A DNA stretch of 64,000 bases. It comes from Octopus sinensis. Lineage: Eukaryota. The notes under the pieces were generated by a model. It worked only from the letters and a program-made list of their open reading frames with translations. It had not been told where the DNA came from and searched no databases. A program made the translations under genes and the position numbers. This document shows positions 40,417-52,459 of the stretch, one piece after another. Location: NCBI RefSeq assembly GCF_006345805.1, contig NC_043001.1:5642001-5706000 (forward strand). The letters run 5' to 3'. The number at the start of each line of letters is the position of its first letter. Within the stretch, counting starts at the first letter, position 1.

Positions 40417-41214
40417 ACTACTACTACTAATGCTGCTGCCCCTTATATCGTTAAAATAATTAAATTCTGTGATGGTCGGGGAAAGGATTACCGGTTGAGC
40501 AGTGAGCTTGATGTTATAGGCTTACGCCTCTTTTTCAAATGATTCAACTTGTTTTATATCAGAAATTAATGCTATCGTCCTCGTCAATCGCCTCCAACAC
40601 AATCAGAGCCACCACTAATATCTCCGTTCTCATCATAAACATCATCATTCTCACCATCGTCGTTGCCATTGTCGTTGATCTCGCTGTTGTTGTCGTTATT
40701 GTTATTACCTCCGCCAAGGTAATAACGTTGGTTTGTCCGACTGTGTGTAAAAGAACTCAAAAGGGTGTTGAACGGTATTTGATGTAACTTGCAGAAAAAG
40801 TAGGTAATGACACACGGAACAGATGATGAAGCTTTGGTAGTGATCCGTGAATTTTTATTGATTCATGAAGGATGTTTCATTTGTTATATTTACTTTACAT
40901 GAAGTATTACAATGTTACGTTCTTTGATTATCTCCCTTCAAAACACGTTCATCGTTTCCAAGTAACCCTTGGTGGCGCTGCAGTTTTCAAAGCTTATTTT
41001 CGTTTCTCTATTAGTAATTTTACTCGCAATAATAATTTTACAATGCAATAAAGTTTGTTTATTGATTGACATGAATTTACTATGTGACCATAATATCTCG
41101 TATAAAGAATTTGCTAAATTCAGAAAATATAAGTATTTCCCTTTCGAAATCGAAAAGATGTGTCATCTTAAGGCAGTTACTATAGCAATGAATTTAGTAG
41201 CGCTTGGAATGAAC

Positions 41215-41430
41215 GGAAAAGGAAAATTGGGCAACATGAGTATCAGAAGAGGGATTTTCCACGGCGATACCTCGTCCCCGTTGCCTTATTTCTCTGTATG
41301 ATACCCCAGACATTGGTTCTTAGGAAAATGAACCTAAGATACCCACTAAAATGCAAATATCAAACAATCAACCTTAATGGATGATTTGAGAATGTGTGAC
41401 AAGGATCAGAGCCAAGTGAATTCCTTGGTC
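41215..41430 (+). pseudogene. Decayed R4/Dong RT fragment
   Basis: LGNMSIRRGIFHGDTSSPL, matching the RRGIFQGDxLSPL motif. Broken downstream. Confidence 0.7.
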
Positions 41431-41448
41431 TTCTGCTTAGTATTACAG

Positions 41449-41628
41449 TTCTATATTTAAAAGATGAATTATGTACATTTTTCACATTATTTACATATGA
41501 CGGATATTTGTCCTCATCTTCCTTGTTGTTAACATAACGTTTCAGCTGATATACTCTCCAGCCGTCATCAAGTGTCTTGGGGGAAATTTCGAACCCGGCT
41601 TCTCATTCCTAAGGTCTTTTTCGATGTC
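41449..41628 (-). mobile_element. Short hammerhead-bearing element family F2, copy 1 (other copies 52930-53106 and 53185-53345)
   Basis: Shared TTCTATATTTAAAAGA..TGACGGATATTTGTCCTCATCT..CGTTTC..TCATCA..GGGGAAATTTCGAACC..TTCCTAAG, abutting (ATT)n. Confidence 0.85.
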
Positions 41629-41644
41629 ATTATTATTATTAATG

Positions 41645-44130
41645 TTATCTTCCTTGCCTTTGCAGTCCTTCTATCGCTGGAGATGCACTTGTGTCAGCTG
41701 TTAACTACCAATGAACGGGGGTAACACCTCTTAATTTCCGAGCACCCACCGGAGTATTCGAGCGGTTCAAACAGTGTTGTATTCTGCAAGTGTTCCACAC
41801 TCATTGCACCCCTATTTATTCCACGTATTTCTCGAGATTTTTAATCACTGTTTCCGGGGTACCGTCAATTATTGGCATGACTGCTAACTTTTTTATCGTC
41901 CACAACTGCTTAACTTCCCGTCTCTGCTATCTGCTTCATTACCTCCCCCACGTTAACGTTAGCCCGTCCATACATTTCATTTTGCCTCTCTTAAAGACTG
42001 ACACACTACACTTTCTCAGACCGAAATCCACTCCAATATCAGTACTGAAGGTATACACTGTATCAACGAGGGAACTGACTTGGGCTTCGTCCTTACCATA
42101 AAGTTTGAGGTCATCCATAAATAAATAATAGTTGATTTTTTGTTGGCGGCTTTTAAACACATACCCAGCTTTTGCTTTCCTCAGAATCAGTGTTAGTGGC
42201 ATCAAGCACAGTACAAAGATTGGTGGGGACAGGCAGTCCGCTTGGAATATGCCCACCGTAATTTCTACAGTCACTAAACTTCTTCCATATGCTGTAAGGT
42301 CTGTCCTCCACGTCGCCATACTTTTTCCAAACAATCGCCCAATATTCGATGCAATACCAAACAGGTTCATACGCTCCATAATCCAAGAAGGTGGGATCAT
42401 ATCATACACCTTACAATAATCGATCCTTGACATGGCTAAGTTACTTTTCCACCTCCTGCAGTCTCTAAGTACAGTTTTGTCTATCAGGAGTTGATCCTTG
42501 GTACCTCTCCACTTAAGCTTGCAATCCTTCTGCTCATGTGGCAGGACTCCATTTTTGCAGGTGTTCGCACATTGAATCTGAGAGTATTCCGGTCAATAAT
42601 TTCCACATAAGTGGCAAACAGGATGTCGGCCTGTAATTGTGTACCGTATTTCCTTTTTCGATATTTTTCAGGTAGAGCACTATCCTACCCAATGTCAACC
42701 ACACTGGTGTACCTTGGTCGGCATTTAACAAGGTGTTGAGTTGCGCAGCTATTCCTGCATGACATTCACCAAAGCTTTTGATCCAGTAGCCTTGAACTGC
42801 ATCTGGTCCCGGGGCCTTCCAGTTGCTCATTTGTTTGCTGATTTCCTTCACTTCCCTAACTGAAATAATTAGTTCTGCCTGTTTTTGACAGACAACTCTT
42901 TGTTTCAGTTCTTTCAACCATTCACCATCCTTCTTGTGCCTCTTGTCTTTGCTGCAGATGTCACTGCAAAACCTTTGACTTTCAATGTTATTTGGTATCA
43001 ACTTTTCATCTGTACCCTCTCCATTTCTTTCTTTATAGAATCTCTTCTGATCTACTCTGAATAACCTATTCTGGTGGTAACCCTTCATTCTTTGGTCGTA
43101 TCTTACCATATTTGCTTTCTTTGCAACGGGGCACTGTTTCAGCTCCTCCAGTACTACGTTCAGACCTTTTCTTTCAATATTACAATTTCTTTTCAGCGCC
43201 CTGTATGTTTGTTCGCTTTTAAGCTCCCCTTTCTCTTTTTGGTCTAACACAGAGATTTCCTTCGAGAGCATATCTAACCCTGCTTGTATTCTTCTTTTCC
43301 ACCATGAATCTTTTATTCTGTCACTCCCATTATGTTTCTTTTTCTTCACATCGACACCCATGGTTTCTGCTACTTGCTACCTTGATCAAATTATTTGTTT
43401 CTGTGATGTTGTTTGTTCTAATGTATTTCAGAATTTCATTAATATTTCGTTAATATTTCGTTTCTTTGTTCAATTTCCATCGATCAACCTTTTTAAGGTC
43501 GCTATCTTTCCCCTGTAGTCTTACCATTATTCTTTCGTAGATTGCCTTTTGTTCATCTGTCATATCACCATTAGTTTTATTGTCTTCTTTTAGATCATCG
43601 ACATGTATCTCATCAAGTAAACTACCACTGATCATTTCCTGTGCTATGAGATTACTCTTATTAGTAAGAAGTGTATTTTCATTGTTATCTCTGCTTCTAT
43701 TTTCCATGACCCGTCTTGTGATAGCTTCGAGCTCTACTACTGTGAACCAACATTTTTTCTTATTTCTCGAGCTTGATCTCATTGTCTTTGTTCCGTGAAT
43801 TGAAACGACCCCTTTTCTCTCCAATGAACATACATACGACGTCGGTTTCCCCTAATTTGAGCATCATTTTCTTCCTCCGCTTTGCTCAGATAGTAACAAT
43901 CCATGACCACAGCATTAATTTGCTTACTCCATCTACGCCGTGTGTGGTGGTCCCTTTCAGGATATCGATAGGCTGGAACCAGACCAGAATCTCTGAGCCT
44001 ACCGGGTGTAACACCGTCACCATCAATAGCTTCAGTGTAATTATCACTGTTATACACAATATCTTGTATTTTCATTGTCACTCATATGATACTAGGTGTA
44101 TCATTATTAATCGGCCCATGAGACTCCACC
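41645..44130 (-). mobile_element. R4/Dong-clade LINE with N-terminus and RT, and an internal deletion from the end of RT to the endonuclease C-terminus
   Basis: RRRWSKQINAVVMDCYY..RRRMYVHWREKGSFQFTEQR; NWKAPGPDAVQGYWIK; [16 protein letters not shown]; [11 protein letters not shown]; [10 protein letters not shown]; LFMDDLKLY. After ~41930 it jumps to LAVMPIIDG-type endonuclease tail. Confidence 0.93.
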
Positions 44131-44637
44131 CGTTTCCTTTCACTGTCATTATCCTTATCGTCACTGATATCATTGATATTATTGTTTTATGTGTAGTAGC
44201 AGCATTGGTTGCAGCAACAGCGACATGAACAGTAGCAGGGGTGGGGTAGTGGTAAGTTTTTTAGTTGGGCCCCAGATTTCTGTGCTATCATAATAGTAGT
44301 TGTTGTAGTATTATTGTAGTATTAGTAGTATTTAGTGACAGCAGCTGCAGTATATTATTTTTTTAATTTTTATCATTATCACCATCACCACCACTATCAT
44401 TGTTTGAGGGACTTGTCAGGTTGCAGTATGGTAAATAGATCAAATTATACTAGTCTATGAATAGATTTGGCAGATGATGGGGAGGTTAACCATAGAAACA
44501 AAAGAATTTTCGAACCAGTTGGATCAGCAGAGGTAAAATGTGTTTATTACTACCAGTGGCCACTGACCATTGAAAGCGCTGCGTTGAAAAGAAGCAATTC
44601 AACCTGTTCTGGTTGTAATTACTGTAAGAAACAAAGA

Positions 44638-44671
<34 letters not shown>

Positions 44672-45720
44672 ACTACTACTACTACTACTAATAATAATAA
44701 TAATAATAACAACAGCGACAACAACAACAATAATAATAATAATATAAGTATACACATACATACGCACACGCATACGTATATACTGATATCCACGTGGTTG
44801 AATTTTTGAATGTCTGCATTCAATTGTGTTGTTGCAATAAAAGGTGCGTTTACGTATTTGGGTAATATATTAAAGTTTTTAAGTTTTCTTCTTGAGTTTT
44901 CTTTTGTATGACCACACAGAGAGAAATGGTAGTGTTCTTAGAATAAAAAGGAGGATGGTGTTTACATTTTCGAATACACAGGGAGATAGGAAATGATAAG
45001 TATTCACACAGGAGTCGTAGATATTAAAGGTTTTTTGTTTTTGTTTTTAAGCTGATCTTTTGTGTGTTCGAAAGCTGTAGGTATGTAAGTTTCCTAACTT
45101 ATTTTATTTTGAGAGAGGTTTAAAATATTCACAGGAAATTGTAGATATTCCAGTCTTTGAGAATCGTAAAGAGGAAGAGATGTTCACCTCGTTGGAGTTT
45201 TGAATTTCTCAATTTTTGTTTTTCTTATGGTATTTTTCTTTTCTTCTTAAAAATTTTGCTGTAGTTTACAGTTTTTGTAGTTGTGCAGTATGTATATATC
45301 GGCAGGGGCTTACTTCCTTAAAATGTTTTCGTCCATTTAATTGTGTTGTTACAAGAAAAAGCTTCTTTACATATTTTGTTGATCAGGGATGAAATGAAGA
45401 GAAAAGTTCCACCCGAAGTTGGAGATATTAAAGTTTCTAAATGTTTTGAGGTGTTCCTTTGTATGTCCAAAACTGTAGATATGTAAGTTCCTTAACTTAT
45501 TTTGAGGGAAATTCAAAATACTCACAGAAAGCTGTAGATATTCCAGTCTCTTACAGTTGTTTATTCGGTTGTCCAGCTGGGTTGTATTAGTGTTTCTGTG
45601 TGTTCAGCTGCTGACAGTTCAGAGCAGCGAAGAAGACGTCTACCCGGTGTCACGTCCATGTATGATATTTATTATTATTATTATTATTATTAATTTTATT
45701 ATTATTATTATTTTTATGAA

Positions 45721-45753
<33 letters not shown>

Positions 45754-45754
<1 letters not shown>

Positions 45755-46310
45755 GAGTGAGAGAGCAGTTCATGCCATCAAAGTGACGCTGGGGTAAAAT
45801 ATACGAAGCCCAATATACCCATCATGACTATCCGTCTGATAAGGGTACACCAGGCACATGCATCACAACCATATGTGCGCGACATGGTGATCTCATATCA
45901 AGATAAACAGCACATGACCTTGCAGGTGGGGCCCAGTTAGAATTTTCTTCAGGTTGAGTAGCCCATCCCGCTCAAAAGGTCCCTGAATAAGGGTTGTTTA
46001 AGGATGTTGAAAGAACCACCTATGTTTCCAGAGGGGAATTATTCAAACCCCAAAGAATCCCTCTCAAAACATGGCTATGATGCTCCCCTACTACTTCTGC
46101 TCGTGATCAGAGATGCACATATCGTCAGCCACTAAGGGACATGCTCAACTGGTTAAGGTCAAACAACTGACAAGCAAATCTGTGGTATTGAGCAGAATAT
46201 TTGCTGTAGCCCATCTTTTATACCAAGACAAAACAATGTACATGATAACACTCCCAATCACTTAAGATCAGAAGCCATGAGAGCCACTGCATGGTACTGC
46301 ATCAGGGCAT
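45754..46310 (-). mobile_element. Non-coding repeat X, apparently full length (~557 bp), inside an (ATT)n tract
   Basis: (ATT)n on both flanks. Same 5' start as the copy at 29610. No ORF or Pol III boxes recognised. Confidence 0.8.
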
Positions 46311-46413
46311 TTATTATTATTATTATTATCATCATTATTATTATTATTATTATCATTATTATTATTATCATTATTATTATTATTATCATTATTATTATTA
46401 TTATTATTATTAT

Positions 46414-46454
<41 letters not shown>

Positions 46455-46491
46455 ATAGTAGTAGTAGTAGTAATCATTATTATTATTATTA

Positions 46492-46524
<33 letters not shown>

Positions 46525-46541
46525 GTAGTAGTAGTAGTAGC

Positions 46542-46617
<76 letters not shown>

Positions 46618-47364
46618 ATTTTAGTTTTATTTTCATTAGCAATATTTGAATTAAGTTGTGGTCTGTCGGCTGTTATGAAAACCCAGAACATATGAAAAAT
46701 GGCTGTTCGTAATGTTGTTGATTATGACAATATATACACTGCTAATACTAAATAGCTTTATATTGCAATGTAAGCCATTCAATAATACTTCGTATCGATA
46801 ATCCATCTCCAGTTTTACGCTAGACTGACGCGCTTTGCTTCATTGTTGATATATCTGATTAAATATAGATAAATTCTCTTTATTTGTTTTGCTGGGTTCT
46901 TTGTCTCAGATTAATTTAGCAGAGAACAGCTGATGGTTTTTGGACGAACAGGATTTATTGGAGAAATGTTCTATATATTCTTGTTATTTTCAATTTCTTC
47001 ACTGTTGCTCAGAGAAATCGGAGTCTATTACATGGTATGTAATGTAATTTCAGTGTATACAAAAAAAACAAACAAACAAGGAGTTCTTGAAGAAATGGCA
47101 TTTTGCTGAGCACCATAAACCATGTTTACTAATAGTATTCTATGCGATTACATTCTGGATATGATTGTTAATAAACTTTTCTTCTCCATTTTATTAAAAA
47201 GAATGTTTTAAGTATTAATACATCGGCTAATACGCAATTTTCTTTCTACTGTTTACTAATGTATTTGTATGTTTGCGTGAGTGGGAATATGAGCATGTAT
47301 TATGCTGTCCGTCGCATATTATGCTGACAATGTATGATTGTATTTGATATGTATATATATAAAT

Positions 47365-47410
<46 letters not shown>

Positions 47411-47417
<7 letters not shown>

Positions 47418-47739
47418 TATATTAAATTAGAGATAAAACCACAATTAGGCAAATCATACAATGAAAAACTTAAGCCAATACATAAGATTAATTAACTTAT
47501 ATTATTTAAATATATAGCAAAATTATTAAAAAAGATAATTAATATAACACTACGATCGTTTCATGGCTGTTCAATTCTTAAAATTTTCGGGTTACAGTCA
47601 TTCTTCAGGTGGTTTAAATATGATTTGCCTAATAGTGGTTTTATCTCTAATTTAATATAATATAATATTTTACTATGAAATTGGATTCAATACTAAATTT
47701 GATTTTTCCCTGTAAGTTTGGATTTATTCCCTAATATTT

Positions 47740-47740
<1 letters not shown>
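47411..47740 (-). mobile_element. Penelope-type terminal repeat with inverted partial duplication enclosing a hammerhead ribozyme
   Basis: 48-bp inverted repeat 47411-47458 / 47619-47666 (1 mismatch), flanked by (TA)n, next to a same-strand Penelope RT fragment. Confidence 0.85.
47548..47611 (-). ncRNA. Type I hammerhead ribozyme motif, intact core
   Basis: Minus strand: CAC-CTGAAGA-ATGACTGT-(23 nt)-ACAGCCAT-GAAAC-GATC-GTA-GTG. Stem I CAC/GTG, stem II 7 of 8 pairs, palindromic helix III ACGATCGT, GUA cleavage triplet. Confidence 0.85.
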
Positions 47741-47785
<45 letters not shown>

Positions 47786-47871
47786 TATAATATATATATA
47801 TATATATGCATGTATATGTATATGCCTATATATAACTATATCTGTCTATCTATCCATCTATCGATACACAA

Positions 47872-48120
47872 TCATGTATAGGTTTTCCTCATGATGCCCT
47901 TAACAAACTTCCTCAGCGCTATCTCAGGATGGTAGGAAACTGTGTAAATGTAATACAACTTCTTATTTGCTTTTCGAAAGGGCCTATGGGCGCCCGAATT
48001 CTTGACCTGTGTTTCGTCAAGGAATTCTACCGTTTTCTTGTTGGTCTCTATAGTGACCTTCTGGCGGAAGGAGTTCATGGTGCTTGTAAGGTTATTTCTG
48101 AGCCAATCCAGCGTGTGGCC
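47872..48120 (-). pseudogene. Penelope-like RT thumb-region fragment
   Basis: KVTIETNKKTVEFLD..RPFRKANKKLYYIYTVSYHP resembles the PLE motif ITIExNxKxVNFLD..PYxKPN..YV..SNHP. Confidence 0.75.
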
Positions 48121-48159
48121 GTCAAAAGCACCCATCTATGTACATCTACATATATATTC

Positions 48160-48469
48160 TCTTCTCCCATTTTTCCTTTTCGAGCCATGCGTGGCTCATA
48201 AGGGCTGGTTTCCCGGTTTCCTTTGCATATAGGTTCCCCACCTGGACGGGACGCCGGTCCGTCGCAGGTGAGCTGCAAGTTGCAGGAGGAAAGAGTGAGA
48301 GAAATTTGTGGCGAAAGAGTCAGCAGAAGTTCGTCATTACCTTCTGCCGGAGACGCGTGAAGCTTAGGTGATTCGCTCATAAACACACACATCGCCCGGT
48401 CTGAGATTCAAACTAGCGATCCCTCGACCGCGAGTCCGCTGCTCTAACCACTAGGCCATGTGCCTCCAC
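48160..48469 (-). mobile_element. tRNA-derived SINE family C
   Basis: Head GTGGAGGCACATGGCCTAGTGGTTAGAGCAGCGGACTCGCGG with box A TGGCCTAGTGG and box B GTTTGAATC. Unrelated body and tail. Confidence 0.85.
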
Positions 48470-48584
48470 ATAGATATTCATATATGCATATGAAGAAAAC
48501 GTAGTTTCTTTACAATGCTTGTTTTTGTGTCACGCATATAAGCGCTGCCCAGAAGGAGTTGCCGAGAATTAAGATTACAATATC

Positions 48585-48990
48585 CTGTGGGATGCAATGA
48601 TTCAATGCGATTACACGACGAGACACTATTGTGGTGAATAAAAAAGAAAGAACAATCATGAGAATCGACATAGTATGCCCCGGTGAGAATAGGATCAGTG
48701 AGAAAGAAGAAGTAAAACTGGATATCAACGACGATTTGAATGGGAAATTCGAAGGTTGTATTCAATGAGGAGAGTCAAAGTGGTACCGATCGTAATTGGT
48801 GCACTTGGAGGTAATAACACACCACTAGCAACATAGTTCAGAAAGATGGGTACAAATGTAAAGGTAGAACACCAACAAAAATCAGAGTAGCTTTGAACTG
48901 CGTGGATTCTTAGCATGGTTCTTGAAGCACAACGTGCAAAGAATTATCACTTTAGACTTCAGGCTGTCGACAGCTGACGGTTTCCATCGT
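48585..48990 (+). pseudogene. Decayed R4/Dong endonuclease/3' fragment
   Basis: WDAMIQCD..IVVNKKERT..IDIVCPGENRISEKE..VKVVPIVIGALG. Confidence 0.8.
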
Positions 48991-51344
48991 ATCCAGGAAA
49001 ATAAGCTGAGTGTTTTCATCATGTAATAACAACAACAACAACATGTTGGTCCCCACGCCTTGATTGAGCAGAGGCATCATTCGAAATATTTAGAGACGTG
49101 GGGAGCGCCTTAAGGGATTATAATAACATCTCATTTTCTGCTCGACACCATTATACTGGAATATGTGTATGTGTTTGTGCGTGTGTGTGTGTATGTGTGT
49201 GTGTTTGTGTATGTGTATGTGTTTGTATGTGTGCATGTGTGTGCGTTTGTGTATGTGTATTTAGAAAACTTTCTTTATTTGTTAGTCATATTCAACATTG
49301 TACTATGCTCTCATCTCCTTGGCTTTGCTTTATGTCATATATCTGCAGTTCTTCGTGCTTCTTTCTTGAAGTTATTTCAAATTAGAAGACATTTTCTAAA
49401 TGGTTCCGCTTCTGGGTAACATGAATATACATGAATTATGTTGCAGGTATTTCATGGTTTCTGACTTCTAACTCCATCCAACTTACTGCATATTTTACTT
49501 CATCATGTCAATCCACATTTTTTTTCCCACAATGCAGAGAGCAGTCATTTTGAATCTATTTAAAATTATTTCTACATAATACTCATTACAAATAAGTTAA
49601 CTTCATTAGATATACAATTTGTTAAAGAGACCCGAAAATATGAAGTTAAAATAAAATAGTCATATAAATGACTATTTCATTTTAACTTCATTTGTAATAA
49701 TTGAAATGCGCTTATAGCCCTTTCGTAATAATTACTGCATTTCTGAATATTCTGTACACATTAACATAAACGTACTAAGTAGCGCACTCCTACGCTCAGA
49801 GCCTTTCAGCAAGCGTTTGAGCAGTGTTGCGTCTGCTCTCTATCGATCAGTGACATACACTTGAGCTGCATATATCATTTCCGTTCTTTAATATGAATTA
49901 TCGGCATATTCGCCAATGAACGTAAGTGCCGACTCAATTATACCTGAAGATATGTTATGAGTTCGAAAGCATTAAGCCACCAGAAATTATGTGGTCAGTT
50001 ACCTCAATATACAATATACAATTTCATTATGGGTTTACCGACGGAGCAGCTTCGCCTAACATCTCCAACGCAACATCAGTGCACAAAGTATTTCTTTAAT
50101 CATGTAGAATAAATATATTCATAATTAATTCTAACAAAGCCAAGTTATAATATGCTCAATATTAATTATTAATCATGTAATCGTTTGTCTGTCCTTGTTT
50201 TGCCTCTCTGTGTTTAGCCTTGCGAGTAGTAAAGAAATAGGTAAATGGGGTGATATAAAAGTAGTATGAGATGTGTTGTTATTTAGGTGGAGGCGACAGT
50301 GACGATGTTAGGTGGTGGTGTTTGTGGTGGTAGTTATGAGGGCAGTCAAGCATGACCGTAATAGTAAGTAGTGAAAGGCAGTGGTAATGCGCGGGGGGAA
50401 GGCGGCGAGGTCAAAGGTGTTGATGGTGGTGCTTCAGAAGTTTAAACGGTTGTGTTTAGCACAGTTGCGGTGGCGATGGTTGTAGTCTGGTGATGGTGAG
50501 GTGAAAACCAATCAGTAGAAAGAGAGAGAGAGAGAGAGAGGAGAAAGAGACGAGAGGAGAGAGAGAGAGGGAGCCCGAGTTTAGACGAGACGGAGAGAGA
50601 GAGAGGACGAGAGAAAGAGGTCAGAAGGCAAAAAATTGTACGGACCCCCGAATGAAAGACAAAAAATGTTTATATGCAGCTTTGCATAAGTCCAAGTCGC
50701 ATATCATATTATTGTTTTGAAGAGAATTGTTCATTGCTTGAAAAATATTGGTCAAGTTTAATAAAATGTAATGGTATCAATGCATAAAGTATCATTATTA
50801 GCTGAATATGTTGAGTGTGTTGTTTTTATGTTTGCTTTTGTATTTGTTATGATAAAAATAATTTTACATTTATGTCATAGGTTGCAGAATACAATGTTAT
50901 TATTATTAATCATGAATATAATTGACAGTGACTTCGAAGTTGCAGCCAGTTAAGGCATTGTCGGATGGACCGACGATGGATTGATGGACCGAATATTCGA
51001 AGTCAAAGGCAAAAATATTCTTGTTTAAAAAAATATATATAAACTTCAGTCGAATGAATCGACCCGCAACATACGTTTTCTTAAGCGTTGTACAGTTAAT
51101 TACGACCAAAAGGCAGGTTATGGGAACATAAATATGCCAACACCGGATATCACATGCTACTATGGGAGAGAACAGGTGCGACGTCTATCTCGCGTGCGCA
51201 CATATATTTATAACGACTCTTTTCAATTTCCATCTACGAAATCCACTCAAGGAGATTACAGTACAAGATGCATGTCCAAGCTTGCACACAGTGGGATTGA
51301 AACCAGAACTATAAGATTAGGAAGCGCACACACACGCAACACGC

Positions 51345-51401
<57 letters not shown>

Positions 51402-51449
51402 TATGCGTGTGTGTGGTGTGTGTGTGTGTGTGTTTGTGTGTGTGTGTTA

Positions 51450-51730
51450 TAAAATGAGACAACACAGTCAGAGATGTGTAGAATTTTCAGGATATTTATA
51501 AAGAAAAAGTCTTACAGCTGTTTCTGTGATATTAGGGATATCCCTTCACCAGACATGATCTGAGATGGTTAGACGGAAATAATAGAGTTCGATATGAAGA
51601 GTTATTTTGGAAAAGGATGGAAATAGTAGAGTTATAAATGTCCTGAAATTTCCTTAAAGCCTTGGGTTTGTTGTTTCATTTAATTTAACATTTACATATT
51701 TATACAAGACCCGCATTAAACCCGTCACCC
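51450..51730 (-). mobile_element. Penelope-type terminal fragment with decayed hammerhead (51508-51555) and a 20-bp inverted repeat
   Basis: AATTTTCAGGATATTTATAA (51482-51501) vs TTATAAATGTCCTGAAATTT (51632-51651). Microsatellite flanks. Confidence 0.7.
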
Positions 51731-51734
51731 GTAC

Positions 51735-51799
<65 letters not shown>

Positions 51800-51907
51800 C
51801 ATATATACATATATATAATACATATATATATATATACATATATACATATATATATACATATATATATATATACATATATACATATATATATATACATATA
51901 TATATAC

Positions 51908-51962
<55 letters not shown>

Positions 51963-52459
51963 ACAGTTGAAACTTGAAACTAATAAATATGTTTAAATGA
52001 ACTTATTTAGAACTTATTTAGTATACATTGTCTCTTCTGATAAAATGTTTTCCAAATCTAGTGTTTACCATTCACCAGGAGTTTTATTAATATCACAGAT
52101 TTTGTTGCCTCCTAATATGTCTACACTTCCATCAAATTATTTTGCTGATTAATTTTGCAAGCTTTCTTTCGAAAATTGTCTTGCTGGAATAATAACATCA
52201 ATGTCACGTGAGATGAATTTTTAGTTGAAGCATTTTGAATGATGCAGACATTTGTTACCTTATTTTAAATGAAAACCAATGACGAATTTATTCAGTTTAG
52301 GCAAATCTATAATTGGAAAATATTTTGTATGGTTTCCTCTCGGTGCTATATTCGTTACAAGGAGAGGGTGATAATGTTTTAATCTCAGGATTAGTATGAA
52401 AAAGAAAACTGAAGCAGATATCTTTTTTATATTCATGCATTATGCTATAATACTCAGTG

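Noticed and set aside
49944-49975. CTGAAGA...GAAAGC hammerhead-like spacing
   Set aside because: No stem II or stem I complementarity.
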